A stretch of 64,000 nt of DNA from Balanoglossus misakiensis. Lineage: Eukaryota > Animalia > Hemichordata. The stretch lies in contig CM082589.2 of assembly GCA_040954595.2 (NCBI GenBank), forward strand, positions 5,639,186-5,703,185. The letters are read 5' to 3'. Below, piece after piece: positions 29,422-39,552 of this stretch; the stretch's first letter is position 1; every line of letters begins with the position of its first letter. A program made the position numbers and the translations under genes. A model generated the notes under the pieces. That model searched no databases and was not told where the DNA came from. It saw nothing but the letters and a program-made list of their open reading frames with translations.

Positions 29422-31766
29422 TTAACGCCAGCATAGGCAGGTTAGATAAAAGTTAGGTTAGTCGATCATTTAGCAATCAAGTTCAACGATCATTCGATCG
29501 ATCAGCAGATCAACAATTGATCGGTTGATGACATCTTTGGTCCGAGGCACGCGTAGGTCTAAACCTAAACCGGTTCATTGTAGATCATTTCAGTCACGTG
29601 TATCGACCAGACCTCGCCTGCTATTAGAATCAGCGCGAAAGAAACCAACCAGTTTCAAAAACAGACCAAACACGCGATACGCATCATACCAGGGGCATGG
29701 GGTACGGACCCTTAAATCCGAACAACACAGCGCAAATCACACCCCCAGCGGTGACCTCACACACCGCTCTGATATCTACCGTGACAAGAAATCAGAAATA
29801 AGAAAAGAGAAAAATTAGACGCTCTGAATTGATATCCACTGAGTGTAATACGAGGATGCGATTGCGATGCCCAGAAAATTGGCCAATTCCATACAAGCAA
29901 ATCTCCGCTATTTTTCCCCCCTGAATAGTCGACAATCGCATGAGCTGTACGGCATTCGCCGTGCTCGCTGTTACCCAATTAAGTCATTCAATGCCCCTTT
30001 TCTACTTTTTCCCCCTGCCCTACTCCCAGCCACGCACCGAGTAATTATCGTTTAAAAATGGCCTCATACAGAAAACGATGCGTCGACCGGAATCTATATG
30101 GAGAACGTCACGCTGCATTAGCCAAGACGTCGAGTGCACTACATAATGATTCGCAATATAAAGTAAACGAGCCCCCGACTCTGAAATCAACAGCCACTAA
30201 AAACCACGCTTTTTAAACTCATTATTTTTTTCTCGTACAAGTAAGAAAAAAACCGGCTCCCATTTTCGGATATTTTGCACGATTCTCGTCTCTCTTTATT
30301 TTTTTCTTCAGAAAACGTGCCCTTACGATTTTTTAATACTAATTTTGCCTTTCCCGCGTCTAACACGAATATAATATATAAATATACTTTTGTACCTGCT
30401 TCGACATTTTGAGAACGGATAAGATCTATAAAGAGGGTTGCTATCAGCATCAATTTTAAATTTCTCGTGTTAACTTTCTGTCGTTGCCGCAGCACAAAAA
30501 GTGCGTGGCAACATTTCTTTGGCTGCGTACGGTTATTGATATCATGCATTCGAAAAAAAATATGGCTGCAAATAACCGGGGCGGGGTGGGTGGCGGTCAT
30601 GAAATATTGGCGCGCGGCTAATTGCAGATGATTGAAAATTTAAATACTGTTTTAATTTCCCTGAAGTTTAATTATTACCGCAGGAGGACTTGAAGTTACG
30701 CTGATTCCACAATTCGCGAATACATTACTGTTTCGTATTGTGTTTTTTTCAGCGATGCTTTGTATTAATAGCCCCGCGACAGGGAGTACGGGGCAGTTGT
30801 GTTTATTGAAATATGAAATGTATTAACCAACGCCCGGTGTGGGTTGGCCCATTATTGAAGTGGTTGACATCTCGGAGAATATTGAAGTTGGAGATCCGAG
30901 CGCGCAACCAACCCTTTCAGATGTCTCGACAATTTGCAGTCCAACGAAACCATCAAAGCACTGCCGGAAATGAAAAACGTGCAATTTGTACTGTTTCCAT
31001 AGCGACCACGCGCGATATTGACTGTTGCCATGGGCGTAATGTTAGTTAATTCTCAGGGAACACGGCCATTATTTCTATAATTTGTCACCCGCTATTCAAA
31101 GGAGACCCACTTTTCCATGCTGCGCCTAAAGCTATTCATCTCAAAGAGGACAGTCGCAGAAAACACAAATAAAGCCCTATTTTTCTATAAGATGTCCTCA
31201 ATTTCGCTGTCAAATTTGTATATCCCAGGCAAACGGCGCGCATTATTAACCTTTGCGTTTCTTTAGAACAAATATTTAACGTTTTCATCATACCCTGTAC
31301 ATGTATTGTGTTCTGAAACGACTTTCGCCAGATACGCTTCTTTCTAAAAAGACACACCCACAGACCAAGAAATTGTCTGTGTGTCTTGACACAGTATCGT
31401 ACATACCCACTACAAAACGCATTCTGAAGGGGAAAAAAATATCACAAATTATGGGTAAAACCTAAAATAGTTGGCAACACATCGATACGTTGCATGGCAA
31501 AGAAAGAGCGCGGATATCATCTGTTCAGTTGACATTGTGGTGGCGCTCAACAACCACCCGTTGAGCAATGTTAGCAAGCATGCGCACGCCGCGCCTCTAG
31601 TGCCCAGAAAAACGTTAATTATGCATTTTCCAGATAATCGTTGGTGGCGATGCCGATGGTCAAGATTTCGCTGCAAGTAATCGGGGGGTGCACACCCCAA
31701 CTTCACAAAATTTTCATGTGTGTTAATTGGGGTTAAATAGATGCGCTTATTGCCGTGAACATATAT

Positions 31767-31772
31767 TTTATT
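31767..31772 (-). terminator. Candidate poly(A) signal of HM13
   Basis: AATAAA on the minus strand about 1.66 kb downstream of the HM13 stop, after AT-rich UTR-like sequence. Confidence 0.4.
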
Positions 31773-33432
31773 GGAATGGCATTTATATGAATTATTCATT
31801 GATAACACTTAGAAGAAATAAACAGTTTCCATTTTCACAATGAGACACAAAAATAAATAAATTTACTCTCACAATGTTCAGTGTAAAATGTACTTCAAAT
31901 TTATATAGATTGCGTGTGTCTGGCTGGAAGCTACACACCCCCACTTTCTCACAGTTGAACGACCCATCTGACCTTTTTACAGAAGGAAAAACTATCTTCA
32001 AATTTAGAAATTTTTATATTTTAGTATGAAGGCCAAAACTAGTCAAGCTTTGAATTCAGTAGTGTCTAGGATTAATAGAATCTCACACTCCCAAGCTTCT
32101 CAGTGTGTGTTTTCAAGTGATCAGCTGGTACACGTCTACGGGAAGCATGCAAACTTATGATCAGTTTCTGTTTAGGTTTTTTATACAAAAATAACTCTAT
32201 CTTCATTTCTTTTTTTTAAAAGGTTTGACAATCTTGTGTGATTAATGGGCCATCTCAGGGACATCTTCGCCCGCCAAGGTCTTGCTCTCCGAAAAACAGC
32301 TGGGGTGGGGGGAGGGAGGCGGAGGGGGAGGGGGGACTGTGGACAACGACTCGTGCGAGCAGAGGACATCTCAGGGAGGGTATGAAAACCACAGAGTTGT
32401 AAACAAACTGGACCGCTGTTTACATGATAGGGTGTCAACGTTCAATGTATATGCTCTGGTGTTGCTAATAATACTGTTTGAGTCCTACTCAAAGAAGTGA
32501 TGCGAGTTGTGTCAAGTGTTGATAAACAAAGTCTTGCAGGTGTAACAGTATACAAGCGAAAAACGACCAGCCAAAAGGTGACTTGTCTGAACTGGTGGCT
32601 ACTTACTGACCCTTGCAGCTTTCGATCAAACAGGCGACATTACTATCGTTTGTTATTATGTGACTGTGCAGTGATTCCGCATATGATGTACGATGGACCA
32701 GGCTTTTGAAATCGTCTACAGCGCCCCCAATGTCCAAACTAAAAATACCAGACTACAAAACAGCAGAATACTACGACACTACAATAAAGACTAAAGTTTT
32801 AAAGAATCGTAACACTTGGCATTAAGATTTACCAAAGTTTTTGTGGATAAATTTCTGTCATAAGTTTCTTCACTGGTTTACGGGACAAAAACAATATCTT
32901 TTGGCATTATTTAGGAGTGCCTCTTTTCAGAGTGCCTACTGTGCTTTACTACTGACATCATAATTTATAAGGTGTGCGTAAAACGGAGAAAAACTTGAAT
33001 TTCACATTTTACAGTAAGAAATAAGTATTTCTTACATGGGTTAGTAACCATAGTGATGTTCAAAAAACAGACGCTTTGTCCATTTTGAGATCTGTTAATA
33101 AAATTTTATATATGGCTTCAAGTTGATGGGTTGTGTGTTTGTGTGTGTGACAGAGGTGCACGAAATTTCAAAATGCTAACACTCAATCATAATAGCTGTC
33201 TGTTGGTTAAACCCCCCCCCCCCCCCCAATATCGCACATAGACACAGCACTGACATTACATGCGAGATACTGTACTTTTCAACAGACATACACAATAAAG
33301 GAAAACCCTGCCTGTGTTTTCCTCTGTTAATTAACGAAGGATATAACTGATTTTTAAAAAAATATGCTTAAATGTGTTGATACTGTCCATTGTGAATTCA
33401 TGTGACAAGACCATTCATGGATTCGGTCTGTT

Positions 33433-36400
33433 TTATTTGTCTTTTTTACCCTCAGTGGGATTATCATCAGTTTTCTCCGCACCCTTGTCGTCATTTTTTG
33501 TCTCCTCCTCCTCCGGATTATCTTGATATCTGTGCAAGACAGAGATCAAAGATGGGTGAGACTTGTGAAGGGATTAATAGAATCTCACACTCCCAAGGGC
33601 CTAATCATATTTCTCACACGAGTTGGGGATTTTTTGTCCCACACGAGCCGCAAGACAGAATATCCCCGACGAGTGTGAGAAATATGATCCCAGGTCCTTG
33701 GTGTATGAGATTATTTTTCTCACACGACCACAAATTAGCCAAATTCGTTAAAAAAACATTGAATAAATGACTCTGGAACTGTCGTCTGGGCATGTTGTAG
33801 TCTTTGTCCCTGTAATACACATCGCGCCATTGGATAACGTTTAGTGCGCGTTTGCAAAAGAACCAATCAGCGCTCACGTCATATATAGCTTTCGATTCAG
33901 TGGGAGTGTGAGAAGCTGGTGTTTGATACTTTGGGAGAGTTGATGGAAATTTGCAGTTTGGAAAAAGTGCAAAGACACCTTCACAGACAGACAGACAAAT
34001 CAACAAGAAACTGCCAGCTATCGGTCCGCATCTATATAACTCTTGTGTGAGTAGGGATTCACCTGCTCATTGCCAACATTTGATACAGCTCTTTGTTTCT
34101 AGTAGTGTAGTTGGACCTCTACATTATGTACGGGGAGAAACGGATGGATGACGGAGGAGTGGGGCCCCCTGGGGGCTTCCCCACTCAGATGACATGGTCA
34201 TAGTCTTGTTAAAGGGCGACAATCCTCTAATGCGCATGTGCCAAACCAGAGACTCTGGTAACAATAAGTGTATACACTGCCATAGGGCTGTGTGCTGGGC
34301 CTAACGACAGACAAGATGGCGGCGACCATAGTCCGTGTCGGAGAACGGGAAAAGACGGCACTTACTGAAACATGACTTTGATTTCTCCCTTGATGAGCGC
34401 CACCAGCAAAGGAAGTCCTATACAGGCGGGAACCAGGTAGAGCAGTGCAGGCTGGGCATGCTTGAACACGTGCATCACAAAGATGGTGGCCAACAGGCCA
34501 AGTATGTAGGCCACAAAGCTAGCTATGAAATACGTTTTGCTATTCTTGTTCAGACTGAAAAGAAATCGATAGAAAACGTTGGTAAGATTACAATAATTTC
34601 CAATTAGACTTATGTATACAGAGGCATGGTAAATATGTCAATGATGAACACACACGTAACTGCCCAATGCAACATGATTCTTAAATCGATAAGTGCCTAA
34701 GCCTTCAAGGCTCTGAAATAAAAAATGTAGATTTTTAAGTTACTCGTCAGTTGTGGTATGCGGTAAACCGGAAAACGATTAGCGAACACTCACCTGACAT
34801 CAAAACGTAAAAGAAGAGCGATAAAAATGCCTGGAATTACAATATCACCCAATCCCAACATAGCAAAGTTACTGGCATCTAAACCCCTCTCTAGCAGGTC
34901 CTGAGGAAATACCACTGCAACAAACAAACAAACAAACAAATACAGATTACTCAACTCTGACCCCGTGTTTACTTTCAGTTCCGTGCACAGATAAAAAGGT
35001 CTATTGTTTATATCTATAGAAATGACCACATCCACAAATATGGCTGCCCTCCTGATCCAAAAACGGTATCATCTTTCATTCTGATCACCACCACAAGCTA
35101 GAGACGTCATTAAAGGTATACGGTCACCTATGGAAAATTAGCTATAGTTACCATGGCGAATTGAGATCTAGCCAATCACGGATTTTCAGTGGGTGGCACA
35201 CGCGAAAAAAAGAGCGCCACCATATGTTCTTTAGAACGCTTAAATACGCCATTTCAGCCATTTATGCGCGTATGCAAATTGGAGGTGACCGTATACCTTT
35301 AACATCATTACTATAAAAGACTTACATTTGATTGGCGCCTCAAAGGACTTGGCCACGGAGACCATGACATCGGTGGCAAACACCCAGAAGATGTCGTAGA
35401 CGAAGAGCCCGCCCAACAGAATACAACCGGTCATGACAGTGTTCAACTGTAACAACTCGACACCGTTGATAGCAAACGCTAAACCGAAGACGTTGTTGGC
35501 TATCCAGTGCTGATGGAAAAAAAAGTGCAGAAATGGGGAAAGTTAATTTTACGGGCCATGTGTGTGGGGGTAGATTCAACTTTGACTGAACGTTCAATCT
35601 TAGCTAACCTTTGAAAAAAAAAATCACATTTTCTTGTCTTCCAAGGCAAAAAACAAGGGCTGAAATACCAAATGTAATGAGAATACCAGGATGTAAAGGT
35701 CATGCAGGGGTCAGCAAAATGGCGAACAGACACTCACCTTTTTCAAGAGATACCAAACACCAAACACAGTGGATATTCCAAGGCAAACTAAATCTTTACG
35801 GTCAAATTCATAATTCAACACCTCTGCAGAAAGAAAAAAAAATGAGTCAACAGTTTATTACTTCTGTGATAATTTCCTCATCACCAAAATCAGTCACAAA
35901 CCGACAAATTCTGCTACAGTGAGATTATCAAATATCAATTATTCACTTACCTTCTTTCTGTTCCCCACTACCACTGGTAAGTATAATGTGGTAAGGGACG
36001 TTGGGAAAGGATTCTGTCGTCAGTTTCCTAACAGCTGGGCTGAAATCAGAGGTGAAAGATTTCAATGCATTAAATACTTCACAATTGAATGGTGATGATG
36101 CTTCATACTAGAGTTTATCGCCTTATGTTTTAATTAACTTGTGGTCACAAACACCAGACACTAAATGGATTACACCCACCTGATTATATGTGCCAAGGCA
36201 AGAACTCCAAGAAAGAAGAAATAAATTGCCAAGAGAAGATTGATATATTCCTTGGAAAATATCTGCAATGGAAGAAGAGAAAGGAATGAGAGATTATAGA
36301 AATCTTGTATCATTCTTGCTTTGTTGATCTTCTTGTATTACATTATTTAACTGTTCAATTGTGGTGTATAAAACAGGGGGCAGGAGACTGATGTATTGAT

Positions 36401-39367
36401 GAGGGAAGGACTTACCTGGAAAATAATGTAAATACCCAGGAGTGTGCCACTGGCAATGATCGGAAACATGGCCGCATCCTTGCTGGACATTGTCTCCGGA
36501 GTTTCTCCAGAATCCTGGAATTAACAGCAGAAAAGAATGATGTGATCAGAATGGTACTGGCCAGTTATTTAATTCTCACTCATCTCTCATAGTGTAGGAT
36601 TACCGACAACTGCAGTCATCAGTGGCCACTTTGACAATGGGCTCAGCTGTCAGTGAATCAAAAACAGAACTTGACATTACAGATTGAGGCTCAGATGGTG
36701 TGAAAATAGAGCTTCACAAACCAAGTGAATATGTGTAATACCTTACTACAGCACGCCAAGTGTGTGATTGCTTATGAATTAGTAAGTACACACTTTTATT
36801 AGTTGTCACTCTTGTAATTTTTTTGTCTCACGATCTCATTGTGTTGTTCTACGTGCAAAAACATGTTGTAATACTGAATTGCAAATTCCATAATACATGT
36901 TTGCAAGATAGAACAACAAAATGAAGTCGCCCTGTGCCTGTGCAGCTCAAGAGATTCTTTCCCCTGTGCCAGCCCACTGCTAGTCTTCCGTGCTAACCCA
37001 GTGCTAGCCCAAAACAGGGGAATTATGAACTCTTGAGCTGGACTAGTCACTACAACCACTCAATATTACATGTGGAAGCTTAGGTTATTGAGAGTAAAGA
37101 TTAGAGAACTTAGGTAGACAGCGCTATAGTGGAAATTTACCAGCAAATCATTGAATGATATTTATCACTTCACAGTACATCCACTGCAAATATAGTAAAC
37201 ATATAACCAGAAGACTGAGAAGTGCAGTATTTGAGCAATGGGTCATTTATCATGATGCACACACAACCCACAAACTGCCCTACCCATTCTGTCAAGGGAT
37301 ATATAGGAGGGGGAAGACATACAATACAAATACATGTCCACTGGCTAGCACAGACAATCCTGCAAATCACTGTGTGCTTGGTTGCATTTCGACCACTGCA
37401 GTGAACAGTGGATGGCCGGCTAAACAGTACAAGCTCTTTATCACCCATTATCAAGAACCCAGCTGGTGCTGTGGTCACTAGATCATTAAATATATCAACC
37501 GACTTCATTTTATAATAACTCATCTAAGAAAACAGGTGTTGGCTAACACTAACAGCATAGCATTCCCACAAATGCATTTCTTCACCATGTTGTTGGAAAG
37601 TACACAATTTTTGCAAAATCCAAGCCATAGAAATATAATCTGATGACCAACTTTCCCGTAAAAAGCATGGAAAATGTTGAAAAGGTCATGTGTGGTATTA
37701 ATATTATTAATGTTTATTTTCACGGAAGTGTCAAATGATGGCTGATTGGAAAATAATTAAGTGAAATAAAAGAATACAGTGTGGAGCAAGGTGTAGAATT
37801 AGAATTAGATCTTGAATTATTAGCAGGTTGAAAGCTGCCTACAGTAATTTATTGGCGTATCTTCTCTCTGTTATTGTCAAGTTTTGTTTTAGTTTTCAGA
37901 ATTACTCTCTTTTGAAAGTAGATCTTACCCTTTTCAATCAATATTTTCCCTAAAAACCTTATTGATGGCTTTTTCTTACGATTTATCTTAATCATTATGA
38001 TGTATAGTCCTTTGAAATGTACCTACCACATGAAATTAACATGCTGCTAATAATTTAGTTTCATGTAAAGATTGTTTTAGTGTAAACCCAAGATGGCTGA
38101 ACTCGCACTCATTTGTTGGAATGTTATTTGTTACCTCAACAACCTGATATCCAAAAATTCCTCCGTAAATGTCGTCTGTCGGTGAGTAACATGCACTGTT
38201 GCCGTCTGTGAAACCCTACGTGAATCAATCAAGAAAATCCCACAGGATTTCATTACTTCCTAAACAGGTTCATAAACAACGTGGCAAGTCATTATAGATG
38301 AATAATGACCTGTCATTAGGGTCACAGGGTACAGGTTCAGCTGTGATCGGTCATTATATTCAAATAATGACTGGTCATCACTGAGCAGTTTAAGCCATTA
38401 TTGTCACATAACAACCAGTCATTGTTGCCTTGGCCAAGAATGACTAGTCACTATGATCAAATGGATGGAAATGAAGATCTCGTTCTGCAGAGATTGGATC
38501 AAAACCTGACCCGCTTTTTGGCATCTCTAAATCAATGCCCATTTAGGAGAAGGGAGGTGTCACAGCCCACATAGCACTTGACATACTTGTAGGGTAAGGA
38601 GTGGGGAGAGTTTCAGCCAGAGGGAATGCACATCCCTTCAAAAAAACTCCCTGAAATATACCCCAACCCAAGGGTGCTAATACACACCTAAATGTATACA
38701 CATACATAAGCACCCCAAATCTCAACAACACCTTACTGTCTTTGCCTTTACCTAGCCTTTAATTAACGGGTATGGTGAGTGGAGATTAATTAGATAAATA
38801 TTATAAAAAAATAATTAAATATTACAGAGTCTTTGTCAATGCATTTGTTTTCATTTCATATCAGGTGTTCCTTTGGAACTAAACACTGAGGAGGGCGATA
38901 ACAAAGCTACCATATGGTACACGTGAAATTAATGCAGACCGGTAAATTATTACAATCAATAATTTAAACATATTTCATGTGCATGCAAGAAATGTGATAG
39001 ACTACTTTTCGACTGCACCTGATGTTAGGAAATAGCAGTGAGGTGTTTTTGTGCGTTTTCTTCCCATGCAAGACTTCCTGGAAAAGGGAAGTCTGACGTG
39101 TACATTCACGTCCACTCGCCGCCTCCACAGTGCAACGGGGGGAAAACAGAAGCGAAATGTACGTACCTTCTGCTCCTTATGGTACCTTACGGAGCGAAAA
39201 GCACCGAAGAAAATTGGCACCAGTGCCATGACGACGAGACTGGCGTACGCAATGGCCATTCCCTCCGGCGTTGAAGGAACCCTGGCGGTGGCATTGGCGG
39301 CTGTTTCGTTCAGAGTCTCGTTGATTTGCTCCACGGTTTCGCTCACGCTCTCTTCAACGTCCGCCAT
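33433..39367 (-). CDS. HM13: Signal peptide peptidase (minor histocompatibility antigen H13), GxGD intramembrane aspartyl protease, 382 aa
   Basis: Coding exons (minus strand): 39367-39167, 36514-36416, 36262-36180, 36039-35951, 35823-35738, 35509-35326, 34914-34794, 34554-34366, 33529-33433. All introns are GT-AG and phase-consistent (1149 nt). Motifs: YDIFWV (catalytic YD), LGLGDIVIPG (GxGD), HAQPALLYLVP, SFEAPIKLVFPQD, and a C-terminal KKDK* ER-retrieval signal like human KKEK. Confidence 0.97.
33574..33914. mobile_element. Fold-back non-autonomous element in the last HM13 intron
   Basis: About 50-bp imperfect inverted repeat (AATCTCACACTCCCAAGG..CATATTTCTCACACGAGTTGGGGA / TCCCCGACGAGTGTGAGAAATATG..CCTTGGTGTATGAGATT, 33580-33712), and a distal TGGGAGTGTGAGA (33901) that is the inverse of the left end. 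The 27-bp left end GGATTAATAGAATCTCACACTCCCAAG recurs at 32069-32095. Confidence 0.6.
34213..34278 (-). mobile_element. Fragment of Kolobok-type MITE family B
   Basis: TTAA-AGG start; TGCGCATGTGCCAAACCAGAGACTCTGGTAACA matches the reverse complement of the right end of the 48147-48296 element. Confidence 0.55.
35114..35298 (+). mobile_element. Kolobok-type MITE, family A, copy 2 (HM13 intron 6)
   Basis: TTAA TSDs at 35110-35113 and 35299-35302; 16-bp TIR AGGTATACGGTCACCT; homologous to 29248 and 56012. Confidence 0.85.
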
Positions 39368-39552
39368 GTTGAAAAATTTTCAGTGATGTACACTTCTCCC
39401 CCTTAGCTTACTTGGAAATGTTATCAAACCCCTTAACTTTGTTGGAAAAGTGGTGAAAGCGGAAAGAAACAAAACAATCTGCATGTCCAGCCGATAGTGG
39501 CGCACTCTGCAACCTACTGCGCAGACTCAAGGTTTGAAAGTGAAATTTCAAA
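39368..39552. promoter_or_regulatory. Compact bidirectional promoter and 5' UTRs between HM13 and XKR
   Basis: The divergent ATGs at 39367 (minus) and 39553 (plus) are separated by 185 bp. The interval contains GCGGAAA, TGCGCAG (NRF1-like), TTTGAA at 39533 and TTCAAA at 39547, and a YY1-like AAAATGGC over the XKR ATG. Confidence 0.75.

Larger units (their letters stand above)
13563..31037. promoter_or_regulatory. Dispersed RFX X-box-like palindromes in the gene-free region
   Basis: GTTGCCATGGATAT 13563, GTTGCCATGGCAAA 14146, GTTGCCCAGGCGAC 15164, GTCGCCATGACAAC 17697, GTTACCATGGTAAT 25512, GTTGCTAGGGTAAC 26927, GTTTCCATAGCGAC 30993, plus weaker sites at 11108, 12124, 17010 and 31024. They match the RFX consensus GTNRCC-N0-3-RGYAAC; function is inferred. 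Confidence 0.5.

Noticed and set aside
1-31700. The many 60-145 aa ORFs in the ORF track
   Set aside because: No recognisable domains and no consistent splice-site chains; expected by chance.
1-31700. Conserved miRNAs (miR-124, miR-1/133, let-7, miR-9, miR-10 and others) and the Id-associated BMP-responsive element
   Set aside because: I looked by eye for the mature sequences and for GRCGNC-N5-GTCT elements and found no convincing match. A computational scan could still find divergent ones.
32181-32438. Pro-rich ORF as an alternative last coding exon of HM13
   Set aside because: No clear acceptor in the required phase, and the KKDK exon already completes the protein; more likely 3' UTR.
38303-38450. 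Repeated TGAC-NN-GTCA palindromes in HM13 intron 1
   Set aside because: Degenerate and irregularly spaced; most simply a decayed minisatellite or TE remnant.
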